DNA of 59,255 bases, filler included, from Basidiobolus ranarum (taxonomy: Eukaryota): assembly GCA_040143965.1 (NCBI GenBank). It is 11 parts of 11 records of this genome, joined end to end, with 100 filler letters (N's around TTAATTAATTAA, not from the genome) between each part and the next. Parts side by side here need not be neighbours in the genome. Positions count along the whole stretch, not along the records: positions 10,810 to 16,111 come from JASJQH010008514.1; positions 16,212 to 21,511 come from JASJQH010008515.1; positions 21,612 to 26,908 come from JASJQH010008516.1; 8 more parts are not named here. One strand, given 5' to 3'. A program made the translations under genes and the position numbers. Below the pieces are notes generated by a model. It was given only the letters and a program-made list of their open reading frames with translations. It did not search any database and was not told the DNA's origin. Positions 11,897 through 24,649 of this stretch are shown piece after piece (the stretch's first letter is position 1; every line of letters starts with the position of its first letter).

Positions 11897-13685
11897 TGTT
11901 AAAGTATTTGGGAGCCTGTTGGAAGTGGTTTGGAGAATTAGAGGAATTGGTGGTTTTTCACTTATTGATTTATTAGGTAGAAAGTTGACATTTATAGTTT
12001 TGTCAAGATGAAAGCAAACTAATGTGTAGAATGTGTTAAGAAAGGTCCTAGCAACATGTGTGCAAAGTTTGGGTCTTCTAGCACAAGTTTGAAGAAACAA
12101 TATATCTGAGAACTTCTAAGTTGGTAAAAATATTCCAAGTAAATTCCAATTGAGAATAATGGAGAATATCTTTGTGAATTATAAGATAACAAAGTACCAA
12201 GCTATGTATGACTACATAGGTGTTTAGGCAATGTTAATTTCAACACTCTCCCTCAACTAAGTAGTCATATAAACTAATCCTAACAAAGATCTCATTTTCT
12301 CAAATTTCTGTCTAGCCAATGGTTTGGTTAATATATCAGCAATCACGTCTTCTGCAGAGCAACCCAATAAGACAATAAGCTTATTCTTAATAGTCTCTCT
12401 AATGAAGTGATGCTTAATATCTATATGTTTGCTTCTGTTATGAAACACAGGATTTTTAGTTAATTTGTTACAACTTTGATGAACTTGAAATTTTGTAGTG
12501 GGTAAATTTTGAAATTAACCCAAATCTGTTAACAGTTTTCTTAACCATATTGCTTCTTTTGTTGCTTCACAGGCAGCCATGTATTCTGCTTCTGTTGTTG
12601 AAAGTGCTACAGTAGGTTGTTTCTCTGAATTCCACACAATAGCCCCATTACAGCAAAGAAACAAATATCCTGTAGTAGATCCCCTGTTTTCAGTATATCT
12701 TCCCCAATTTGCATCTGACTATCCCATTAGATCAAAATTTGATCCAGAATATATGTATTTTAAGCATAGATCCACAGTACCATTCAAATATCTGAAAATA
12801 TGTTTAACTGCTATGATTGGATTGAATCCAAAATTTTGAAGATATTAGCACATAATTCCACAGAATATGCAATATCTGACCATGTTCCAACCATGTTATA
12901 CATCAAACCACCAATCACTGATTGATAAAGAATCTTCTGACTTTCATTTAAATCCAAGAACATCTGATTTGAGCTATTTTTCATCATGTTAAGATTTGTC
13001 TCTATTGGGGTAGCTACTGGATTACATTCTTCCATCTTAAACTTCTTTAGTATACCTAGGATATACTTAGACTGGCTTAAAGTTATTGTTTTGGTAGTTC
13101 TATCTATTTTGACTTGGATTCCAAAATAGTACATCAGTTCACCAAGATCAATCATTTTGAATTTGGCAGCTATGCAGGATTTGATTTTCTCCAAAGTCTT
13201 ACAGTCATTGGCTGCTATAATATGGTCATCTACATATAAGGCTAATAAAGCTCAATTTGTCTTATATGGCTTCAAGTAGATACTATAGTCAGCATTACTC
13301 TTTTGGAATTTTAGTGATTTCAAAAAAGCATATATCTTGCTATTTCAAGCTCTTGGAGATTGTTATAAGCCATAGAGTGTTTTCCAGAGTCTGCAAACTT
13401 TTTTAGGGTTTTCTGGGTCCACAAATCCATCTGGCTGGTCCATATAGATCTCCTCAGCAAGCTAACCATTCAAAAAGCAGCTTTAACATCCATTTGATGT
13501 AAAATAAACTGATATTTATCCAAAATTGCCAAAATCAATGAAATTAAATTAAATTTTGCTACAGAAGCAAAAGTTTCGGTATGATCTAATCCTGGCATTT
13601 GGGAATAGCATTTGGCTACTAGTCTAGCCCTGTACCTTTGTATATTGCCATCAGAGTTGTATTTAGCTTTAAATAACCATAGGCA
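11897..13685 (-). mobile_element. Ty1/copia family A, 3' half: RT-RNase H, PPT and 3' LTR (11897-12245)
   Basis: KFKMIDLGEL, YQSVIGGLMY, QPTVALSTTEAEYMAA, FHNRSKHIDIKHHFIRE, ADILTKPL. PPT GTTGAGGGAGAG at 12246-12257 abuts the TGTTG LTR start. Stops and frameshifts present. Confidence 0.95.
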
Positions 13686-14555
13686 TGTTGAAATTAGTAT
13701 TGTCTAAGCACCAATATATTCATACTTAGCTTAGTACTTAGTTATCTTATATTTCACCAAGATGTTATCCATTATTCTCAATTGGAATTTACTTAGAACA
13801 TTTTTACCAACTTATAAGTTCTCAGATAGATGAATTTTCAAGCTTATGCTAGAAGCCCCACACTTTGCACACATGTTGCTAGGACCTTCCTTAACACATT
13901 CTACATGTTACTTTGTTTTCATCTTGACAAAACTATAAATGGTAGCTTCTTGCTCAATAAATCAAAAAGTGAAACCACCAATTCCTCTAACTCTCAAAAC
14001 CACTTCCAACAGGCTCCCATGTACTTTAACAGGTTATGAGCACCAAGCTTACACTCTCTGTAATATTTACTTCTCAAATCTATGGAACTTTTGTCTGTTC
14101 TGAAAAATTGGAGTGAACTAATTATCCAGTTTGGAAAATTAAAACAAAAATGCTACTGCAAGAAAAAGCACATTGGGATACTGTTGTAGGAGCAGTAAAC
14201 AATGCAAAACTATCTGAAACCAAAGCTTTACTTCAGGTTGAAAAGAACAAAGTGCCTTTAACACAATTTGTCTTAATGTTGAAAGGCAAATTGCTAATTC
14301 AATGTTGAAGAGCTAAAACTGCCAAGAAGGTATGGAAAGCCTTGGACGACACCCACTAAACAAGTTCTGCTGCCAACAGGATGTTTCTAAGAAGACAATT
14401 CTTTAACTTAAAGATGAAGTCAGAAGAAGTCATTAAATCACTGATTAATAGAGTCACTATTTTGGTGGATGAAATTAAAGCATTGGAGTGCCTACCTCTG
14501 ATCAAGATATTATTGGGAAAATATGGGCTGTTTGGAGGAACTCAAGAAAAGTACA

Positions 14556-14793
14556 GTTGTGAATAGCTTTGTGAGATAATTATTTAATATCCAGAAATAA
14601 AGCATTTATACATTTTTGTGGAAATACAAAAAACTAACACGGGGGTTGTGTTCAGAACATCTGTGGGAGTAAAATGAGCTATCTTTGGGGCAATTTGGAT
14701 GAGCTTGAAATTTCCAATATGGAATTGCTAATTCTCACATTATTCACATAGAAATATAATATATGTTCTGATTTTCAGCTAAGTGTTATTTGA
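14556..14793 (-). mobile_element. Family B LTR fragment nested in family A gag
   Basis: Reverse complement aligns to ~4771-5008. Confidence 0.8.
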
Positions 14794-14801
14794 CTAAGTA
14801 A

Positions 14802-14888
14802 TGTAAACTAACTTATATGTGATATATGAAATAGTTACATGTATAAAGATTGAGATAACATATGTGATAAAGACAATAAACTTCAACA
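14802..14888 (+). mobile_element. 87-bp mini-LTR, family D, copy 1
   Basis: TG...TTCAACA element closely similar to 53978-54064. Confidence 0.7.
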
Positions 14889-16211
14889 GGTATCACAGTT
14901 ACAGTCCTGAATAGCCTGCCTCACAGGTTTCAGTGCCTAGTGATGGCTCTAAAATCAAGAACTGAAAATTTGACTTTCAACTATGTATTTGGCAAACTTC
15001 TAGATGAAGATTTATGCAAATCTGGATCCAACCAAAAGAAAGAAGAAAATGCTTAGATAGGCTATGGGAAACCTTTCTATAAAGGTCAAAAGCTCTTTAA
15101 GAACAAAAGTAACACATTCTGTGTTTACTGCAAAAGAACTGGCTATTTAAGCAAAGATTGTGTTAAAAGAATTGCAAAAGAAGAAAAATGTACTGAATCT
15201 GGAAATTAGGTTACAACACAAGATCACTTTTTCATACCTGCTCTATCTATGACTACCAGCAAGTATTCTCAGACATGGTATTTTGATTCTGGAGTTTCCC
15301 TATATTTCACAAAAGAAGAGCATTAGTTTGTGGATTATGAAGAAATCCCAATTAGAACAGTTTTTATGCTAGGTAACTGCACATTGGATGCAATTGAAAT
15401 GGGAACAATTGAAGTAAATTTACCTGGAACTTTTGAAGAAAAACTATATACTTTCAAGGATGTACTACCCCTAACAAAAATGAAATTGATTTGATCTGGA
15501 TTGGATCCACCCTCTGAAATAGCAAAACCATCAGAGAACCGTCACAATATTGCTGGCTTGCTTTCTGCCATGGATTTTGATGGTGTGACAGTGGTTTCTT
15601 GACAGTATCTTAATGGTATTCATACATGTTAAAATATTGATCCTCAAATTTGGCATGCATTATTCAATCTCCAGCAATTTTTGCAAAAATATAATTTTCA
15701 AATGGCAAATTACTGGGTTTACTGCTGTAGGAATTCAAATTAATATGTATGCCTTTATTTAGATATTTTAGACTTTGTATTTTAGCCATAATGAGAATCA
15801 AAAAATACAAGAATCTTGTTGTGTTTAGTCTCTACATATGCACATATTTGACTGATTAGATATAACTCAACAACATCAATATGCTTTACTAGCAAACTAA
15901 TGGTGGAAAAATTGCTAAACATCTGAAATTTTGAATAGCACTGACACTTGGCAAATAGCTGACTCTTGTTACCATTCACAATGAGAATAAGCTCTTGGAT
16001 TTTGGCAAATTTCCGTAAAGAATTCAGCCAATATATCCCCAACTTGCAGTCAACAAATGTCCTGCAACAAGTAGATGTGTCATTGCTTGAATAGATTACC
16101 CCATGGCTAAANNNNNNNNNNNNNNNNNNNNNNNNNNNNNNNNNNNNNNNNNNNNTTAATTAATTAANNNNNNNNNNNNNNNNNNNNNNNNNNNNNNNNN
16201 NNNNNNNNNNN

Positions 16212-16675
16212 ATTCGCTGGAGTGGTGAAGGGAGGTTTGGCAGGCAAATCCGATTTCCAAATGTTCAATTTACTATATAGTCCCTGTAGAAAACCATTGT
16301 AAGGAACCGTTTTTATATCACTTGGCGGCGAATTATTCATTGTTTCGGTGGGTATCTCCTTCGTGACAAGAAGTTTAGCCTTTCGATTCTTTTCCAAGAT
16401 AGTTCTGAGCTGGTGACTATGCTTCTTGAGGGTTTTTTTTACAATCGGCGTTTGTCCATCCGCATGCTCCGTCTTGGTAAGAAATTTGGGAGTGAACCGT
16501 TGAAATACATTTCGGAAAGAGTTGAGATACTCTTTAGTGCAGCCTGAATGGACGTATAAGTGACTGTATTTTATGACAAAAGAACGAGTCTCGACTTACT
16601 TGAACCAAAGTAGCTTCTCTGCATTTCAAAGTTAACTTGAGCCACCTTTCTTGAACCTACTCTGGCCTGAAGCAT
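16212..16675 (-). CDS. Hypothetical protein N-terminus, 2 exons, truncated
   Basis: ATG 16675 MLQARVGSRKVAQVNFEMQRSYFGS, GTAAGT...CAG intron, frame stays open to the edge (...KPPFTTPAN). Basic presequence-like start. Confidence 0.6.
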
Positions 16676-17840
16676 GCTCGCTTGCTTGGAATAAGCTCAA
16701 GAGTAAAGTAAAATTTTGAACACGAAAAATTTCTATATTTCTGTGACCATTGATTTGGACGATTGGTAAATCATGTCAATCCACATTTATGATCGAATGG
16801 TAAAATTTTCTTTTCCCATCGACTACATTTATGATGGCAAACAGCTATTATTGAAATGTTCTTATGAAATCATTTTCAATGTAGATTTAGTTGACCATAA
16901 AATCAAAAATGTCATTCGTATCTTTCGTTATGCCAATCCAATCCAATCCTGCTGAAAGTATCTGATATATGTAGAGATTCTCCTATAGCAGTTGTAGACT
17001 ATGGAGCTTCTTTGAGCGAAGTTATCACTTGGCCATGCATATAGGCAAGCAGAACATCAACGATCTAGGCTCAAGATACAGAACATCCTATATCACGTGA
17101 TGGAGAAATTCTCGAACATTTGCCACTTTACAACGGTTCTTCACTTCAAAATTAACCACTTAATAAATGGTTTACTTGTACAACTTTGGTTACAGAAAAT
17201 TGATTTTTTCGATCAAAAAGATTCTGTTTGTATCGTAAACTTGAATTTATTCGCGCTTGATTCGACATCGACAGGCCGAACTAGGTCCATTTACTATGTG
17301 AGAGTACTTCGAAAAGGATTCTGATACCTCCAAGTTTCTAGACAGTGTTGAAAGTAAGCCGTAAATTCCATCATCCCTCCTTCCTCCTCAAAAAGAAATC
17401 CCCAATAACCTATAATCCTGTAACCAATCTAATTGAAGTGATGTAGATATTCAGTTCTATCGCAGCCTAACCTCTTGATGAATCTTCCGCCAAAAATGCT
17501 CTCTTTCGTATCCAACGGTGCAAATGCTATAGTGAAGATGCCACTACGGTATATCAAAAGTCCTTTGGGGCTTCTTAATAGGTTTGAAGTAGCCATGTAT
17601 CACTTGAAGCATCTAGTTAAATATTCTAATCTAAGTGGCACTTGGGGACTATTCGAGTAGACCTAAGGAGAACCAACGAGATAAGGGTACATTTATTTTG
17701 ATGGAATTCCTTGAGTAAATGGGGATGACGGGGAGGAGGTTAATGAATTTGGAAATATATGGGAACAATGAAAGACCACACTAAAGAGACAAAAGGATTA
17801 ACGTGAATTGAAGTGGAACTTTCATGAGATGCTTTGGTGT

Positions 17841-18279
17841 TTAGGCAGACTCTTGGGCGAGCATACGTTTCTTTCTCTCCAAAAGTTTATCCTTGCGTAC
17901 TTCTAAAGCAAGGGTTTGTCTTTGTTCGTAGTTATAGTACCAATATCCAATACCACCGAAACCAATTGCGTGTAAAGCGTGTATCTCAAGTTCTGTGAAG
18001 ATAAAAATGGTTATTCTCTGTTTCAATATAAAAATGAAAACGACTAATTTCAAAAAAGTTACAAAGATTGACATCACTGAAGGTAAACGAATAAACCATA
18101 TTTCACGTCAACAATCAATCCAGTCATACGAATATATTCCAAAATAGTCGAGATCCAATTGTTAAGGGTTAAATTTTATACTAACTATCAAACCAGGGTC
18201 TTTTGCACATAGCCAAGGAGAGACAACGGACACCAACACCAAAGGAAGCGAAAGCAGTTACAGTGTGAATAAGGGCCAT
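17841..18279 (-). CDS. Complex I accessory subunit B14.5b/NDUFC2-like (fungal 14 kDa subunit), 2 exons
   Basis: MALIHTVTAFASFGVGVRCLSLAMCKRPWFD/KLEIHALHAIGFGGIGYWYYNYEQRQTLALEVRKDKLLERKKR. Exons 18279-18186 and 17992-17841. Confidence 0.8.
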
Positions 18280-19479
18280 CTTGGAAAGAGGGTTACTTAC
18301 GAATGCTGGAATGTAATTGATAGAAGTTGAAATATTTACTTTCAAAGAATACTTCAAAAACTCGGAGTAAAACTGGCTAATACAAAAAGAGGCGGGGTAA
18401 AGTTCCACTGTTCAAGAAAATTAAGTCCTCATGGTAAAAAAATATGTTTATTGACAGTGAGAATTCTTATGGGGTGGGGTAAATCCAAGTCAGCTATGTT
18501 CTTTTGGGGGGATTGAGTTGAATTATTTCGATCGCTAAAGTTCGATAGACGCCCAATACAAACCAATTAACGGTAATTTGATTAACTCTCGAATCATATT
18601 TATATTATGCCAATGGCATCAAACATCTCATCCAAATTAAACATGCCTCTTTGCAATAAAATGTGATAATGGTGAATATCAGATAATCAACGTGCTGAAA
18701 AATAGCTTGGATAGCCTGGTAAGATTGGATATAAGGCTGAGGAAAAGCGAAGATTCATCAACGTGTTGAGATGAAAGTTGCGATATTGATGCTCAGATAG
18801 ACAGTAAACCTCCATTATATGCTAGATCAGCGGAGTTACTACACAGTAGTGGTTCGAAAGGATGAAAAGTAACATAGGTCCTATCCATATGCCCTTCCAA
18901 ACCCTGAGGCTAGCACTGTCCTATAGTTAGGGAGAAGGCTCTCAGCATTATGGCTTCCGTTACACATACAACAAATCACTAACATTATATACACAAGGAT
19001 TTCAGTGGCAAAAATGATGCACTCGTTAGGGCCTTGCACTAAATTCCGAATCTCACAGTTGGGGAAGAATTCTAAATGACTTACAATCTCTCCTGAACTT
19101 GTGGAGCACTTATTTGGTGTCCACTAGGATAAGGATTTTACTAGTATCTAATTGGTATGAATGGCTTTAAATCTGGTTAACAATCTCTCGAGAGTCAAAG
19201 TAATCAACATGCTTTTCTTATGTAGAAAGTACCACGGCTTGGCCAGTTCTTGTTTTTATACCCCTAAGTAAAGGTCTGGGAGCATTCTTTGCCCTCTACT
19301 ATAAGAATGTGAACACTATGCATAAATTTTGATGGAGATCCTATTTTTTGAGCAAATGGCTATAATTATATTGTTTGGATCGTGACAGCGCTTCGCATGG
19401 CATTGGCTGGTTATGGTTTTCTTTTGTCAACAGTCCCAAGAATACTTTTAGATACTCCAACGTGGAACATCTTTGTCTC

Positions 19480-20150
19480 TAGAGCAATTTATAATGACTA
19501 TACCTAAGATATAATTAGGTGAATATGGTCGCAAATATACCTCGGTGATTAAACTTTGAATATTACACGCAAAGCCTTCGCATTCATACGAAACGGACAT
19601 CTTTCCAGATTCAAGTTTTGCCGTATGTTCCGGATATCAGCTCTTTTGAGTTCGTGAACCAGCTCAGATGTTGAGTGTAAGTCTATTCATACTAGTCAAT
19701 ACAAAGATGAAAGTAGCCTCAGTTAAGCATTAATTTCCTCCGTGGACACCCCTATCCCACAAACGCATTAACCTTGGTACCAGTAAACTCCCGCACGTTG
19801 AGAACAATATACTGTACACAGCTCCGCTATGACCCTAATAGCCGAACAATTTCCATTTCAAACACTATATTCTTACGCTTAGGTCTCACTACCTTAAGCT
19901 CGGATTTATGTTGAAAAACTCACCATCCATATGCCTCTCTCGGGGTTTTTAACCAATAAATCCAAACTCAAGAATATAAATGTACAGTTAAAACGCATCA
20001 CCTAAACTTTGGACAATGTGCTTTTCCGTCTTAACAGTAGTTTCGGGTAGGATTTGCTTCGTCTCGGGAACTGAGGAGTCCATAGAATCCGTCGTAAATG
20101 GAACATTTCTACATTGATTGGAAACGGCAGAATGCGCAGAGGTCATAGAT
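19480..20150 (-). pseudogene. Degenerate WD40-repeat gene
   Basis: VFQHKSELK/GHSGAVYSILFSTCGSLLV with splice sites retained, then LSWFTNSKELISGTYGKT* and GKMSVSYECEGF in shifted frames; boundaries approximate. Confidence 0.55.
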
Positions 20151-21611
20151 GGACTTTAATATGAAGTTCTCTGTTTCTATCAAGTTAACTTTCTGCTTTA
20201 AATATCAGTTTTCTGTTATCTTTTCTATTTGGTCTTTTGCAGACCAGTTCGTTTTTGGTATTCCATAGTTGTGCGTGGGTGTGCCAAGATAAAAAACACT
20301 GAAGGCACAGGAAATCGAACCAACAGCCGATTATTTCTATACAAGAATTAGACCTGATCCATTTCGAACCATCTGAGTGGTTGTTTCAATCTATCTAAAA
20401 ACCATCTGAATACACCTTTCAAATAAAACAAGGGATGCAACTCACGGCTAATTTCTGAATGCACTTTCCCCAGATATCCTATCAGCTTCAAGTTTTGGTT
20501 GTTTTAGGGAAAATGAGCACTAGACGTATTAAACCTCCAGCAGATGGCGTTACTTTCATGTGATAAATCACGCTAGTTAATGACCTATTTGGTACTTGAA
20601 TGTGATTGTGGATCTCGCTTCTAGGCAATTAGTAATTAGCTCTCCAATGCAGTACCAATCTACGCTTTCGTAACTAACTCCAACTTTGTTTAGGAAACAG
20701 TATGTGTTTATTAATGTACAGACCAATTCAGATCTATCGAATTGAGATTTGACGATGGTCTTACCATATATATACGAGAAGGGGGCAAATAGTGACAGGC
20801 CATAGATTTCACCTGGTGTCGAGTTGACTTGGCATTGCACTTCAGAAGCTACGAATGTAAAATCTTATGCGGATTTTTTCGTCCCGTACCGCACTCTAGA
20901 TCCATAGGCTGGATAGTCGGAGTATTATCGTAAACACTGGGTTCAATCAAACTCGATCTTGGATGATATCAGCGCTGATATATTCTCACCAGTTTGCTTC
21001 AGATCTTGGAGGCACTACAGGCTGTAATGGTCGTGTAGGCCCCCATCGGTCTACCTCAAACACACATCACGAATAATTTGCTCAACGACACTGCAAGGCA
21101 GTGGTGCTAGAAGCTGACAAACCACTCTGACATAATATACAACCGCTGATCTAATGCACCTTCTGCGGCTACAATGCAACCCTCTGATAACAAATCGACA
21201 TGCACATTGGAGATCTTGGATTAAGCTTATACGTGATAACTTGCGGATGGCTATGACGTGCATATCCAACTACGAAAAATTTTCGGAAAATCGGAATTTG
21301 CTCGGTGAAAATTGATCAATCCCAATGTATTCTTGGCAAACTGAGAATGAAAATGGAAATTCTATGAATCTTTATTAATTTATATACTCATTATCAGTTG
21401 GTAATGGTGAATGTGAATCTCTAACCGATTACGATTATTAATATCAGGGTCAGTTACTGCATTAGTATGTGAAATTTCAAAGATCTCACAACTGGATAGA
21501 TTGGTGAACAANNNNNNNNNNNNNNNNNNNNNNNNNNNNNNNNNNNNNNNNNNNNTTAATTAATTAANNNNNNNNNNNNNNNNNNNNNNNNNNNNNNNNN
21601 NNNNNNNNNNN

Positions 21612-24608
21612 GATCTTGAAATTTCACTCCTGAAACTGAAAAAATTGATTAAAATCAAATCTAACTTGACGATTTTATGACGGTAAGTAAACGGTCAATC
21701 CCTAATGGATTAAAATTGTGATGGTTTTCCTACGATAACAATCCTCAAATTTCTGTTAGGGATGAAGAACATCCAGACACCTGGTTTCAACCTCTGGAGA
21801 GATCAAATCCACTCAGAATTTTGCCCTGATTCATTCTGACCCCTGTGATCCCATCAAAAAGGTCTCAATATGTGGGAGAAGGTGCTTTAAGACATCTATT
21901 GATGACCAAACAGGTTATACTTGATTTTCTTTCTCTAATCAAAATCAGAAGCCTTAGCAATGTTCAAGCACTATGGAGTAATGATAGAGAATACTGGTCT
22001 GAAGACTTTACTTGTCTTCATGCTGAGCACTGAATTAAGTAACAAACTACTGTACCTTATACTCCGCAGCAAAATGGAGTTGAAGAACATGTTAATAGGA
22101 CCATAGTGGAGATGACCAGATCAATTTTACATGATCATATCATAGATTAACAATATTTGGCTGAATCTGTCTCCACTGCAATCAATATTTAAAAACAAAT
22201 GCCTTACAAGATTGCTACAAAATTCTTAACCATCTGAAGTCTTATGTGGATTAAAACTAAGTGTGGATCATCTCTGGATTTATGGTGGCACACCACATTG
22301 CATAATTTCAGCTCAAATATTCTTTCAACGGGAACTCAAAAGTAGAAAATGCATATTGCTTGGTTACTATAATAGATTTAAGTCCCACAGACTGCTTGTT
22401 ATTTGAACCAGAAGTTAATTAAGTGCAGAGATGTGAATTTTGGTCAAAAGTAACTTTTTTACCTCAAATCACAGTTCTTGATGCAGAAAACACATTCAGC
22501 ACTACTCAGGAAGGGTATGACAAGATCCTAGCTTTATCTGTGTCCTATCCAGCCAATATTCAAGTCCCTATCACATTGGCTGATGATTTAGGATACAGCA
22601 GATCATCCAGATAGAGACATATGCTAGAAAACTGGTGGACATCTCCAATGATGCTGTATATGCTTGTGCAGTATTGTGTGACAAGCCATAGACTCAAGAT
22701 CAAGCTCTGGAGTGACCAGAATCAAAACTATAGGAAAAGCAATGCCTGCTGATTTTTCTTCACCTTAGGACAACAAAAGGTTGGTTTGAAGTCCTCTACC
22801 ATCAGGGAAAAAGTTAACAGGTTGTAAATGGGTCTACAAAGTCAAAAAAAAAGCTGAAGGAACCATAAAAAGGTACAAAGCAAGATTAGATAGAAAAGGT
22901 TATTCACAGATTCCATGAGTTGATTCAACAATGCTTGTGCCCCAGTAGCTATGTTTAGCTCCATTGATCAATCCCAAAACACTCAGTCATCCATAACCTT
23001 GTTATACATCTAATAAATGTAAAAACAGCCTTTCTGAATGGAAATCTAAAAGATGATATCTGTATGGAGCAACCAGATGATTTGTTGCCCAAAAACATCC
23101 TGACATGGTCTGTGAGCTGCAAAAATTGCTATATGGATTTAAGCTAGCACTCAGAGCATGGTACAGCAAGATAGATACCTATTTGGAATCATTAGAATTC
23201 CAACAATGCACCACACAATGCAGTATTTGCAACTAAACAAGCAGAAATAGGATCCTTTTCTTGGCACTATATGTGGAGGACTTGATTATAGCCACAAATG
23301 ATCTAGAAGCACTTAATCAGACAAAAATAGCTTATCAAGTCAATTTCAGATGACTGATTTTGGTGAATTAAGTTGATAACTTGGAATTCAAATTATGAAA
23401 GATAAGCCCAATGGGAAAATCATGGTGAATAAGTCCAAATATATCCTAGATATCCCAGAATGCTTCAATATGGAATGTAGCAGGCCTGAATTAACACCAA
23501 TAGAATCCAATGTGAAGTTAATCAAAATTTCATCTGATTTGGCCCAAAATGGCTCAAATCAAAGCCAGGAGTTCCCTTATCAATCCATGGAGGGTAGTTT
23601 GATGCATGCAATGGTTAGAACACATCCAGACATTGCTGTGGCAGTGGGAACTATCAGCCAATATCTCAAAAATTGAGGATGCAAACACAAAACTGCAGAA
23701 AAACAAATATTTGGATAATTGAGAGAAACTGTAGATCTAGTTTGGAATACTCTGCCCTTCTTGATGCACAAATTTTTGAAGGCTACAGTAATGGAGACTG
23801 GGGAAAAAGGCATGAGAATAGAAGATCAACAACTGAGTACACTTTTCTTTATGGTAATAGTACCATAACTTGGAATAGCAAAAAGCAACTAACAATAGCA
23901 CTTTCCACTATATATGTGGAGCATATGGCTGCCTCTGCTACTACAAAAGAGGCTATGCAGTTAAGAAAGTTATCAGCAGACTCAGGATACATGCAAACAC
24001 ATGCTATTACTGTATTTGCAGATAATCAAAGTTGTATTTCATTAGCCAAAAACCCGACATTTCATAAAATTACCAAACTTATAGATACTATGCATCATTT
24101 TGTTAGAGATGGAATAGAAAAAGATATAATTGAACTTGTCTACTGCCCTACTGAAGAAATGAATGCTGACATCTGAACCAAATCTTTAGCTAAAGCACAA
24201 TTTCAATTATCAAGCTATAGGTTTAAGAGAAATACAAAATATATAGTTGAGTGGAATGTTGAAATTAGTTAAATAGCAACTCATTAATTGAGAGCTAGTT
24301 TATTCATGTTCCATTTGTTTTGCACTCAATTCTGCCATTCAAAAATGAGTGTTTATTGCTCTAATTGATAGAAATATCAATCACATCAATTTGATCAATT
24401 TTTACTATTTTCTCAAAACATTTGCAAATTACCTCAAATTTTCACCCATTCTTAACAGGCATGCTTGTTATGTTCTAAGCACATCCAATAGTCCTATTAC
24501 ATTGTAAACTATACATGGGACATATTCAATTCAATAAAACTAAAGAGCCTGCTTTGCGAAAGCAAATCTTGTCCAAATCACTTCCAAATCCCCTAGAAAC
24601 TTTTATCA
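21612..24608 (+). mobile_element. Ty1/copia family C: degenerate integrase-RT-RNase H with 3' LTR (24257-24608)
   Basis: VPYTPQQNGVEEHVNRTIVEMTRSIL, GCKWVYKVK, VKTAFLNGNL, WNSKKQLTIALST, DNQSCISLAKNPTFH. PPT-like GTTGAGTGGAA before TGTTG; LTR matches 42025-42376. Confidence 0.93.
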
Positions 24609-24649
24609 CTTTGCAATCATATAATGTTCCAGTGGTTAGTCATAATAGG

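Larger units (their letters stand above)
13686..15470 (+). mobile_element. Ty1/copia family A, 5' half: LTR 13686-14031, PBS, degenerate gag-protease with nested insertions
   Basis: TGTTGA...TTAACA LTR, then GGTTATGAGCACC, gag (AKTAKKVWKAL, MFLRRQFFNLKM), zinc knuckle CVYCKRTGYLSKDC, protease WYFDSG. Confidence 0.9.

Noticed and set aside
15650-16111. Possible Tc1/mariner DDE fragment on the minus strand (KILVFFDSH...NLPFENY)
   Set aside because: Motif resemblance too weak and no TIRs seen.
16212-16675. Calling this ORF a Tgl2-like lipase from its final PFTTPAN residues
   Set aside because: The diagnostic PIVLxHG and GxSxG motifs would lie beyond the contig end.
21050-21275. VGYARHS...RISLIQ resembling a serine-recombinase-like N-terminus on the minus strand
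   Set aside because: Short match split across frames; could be chance.
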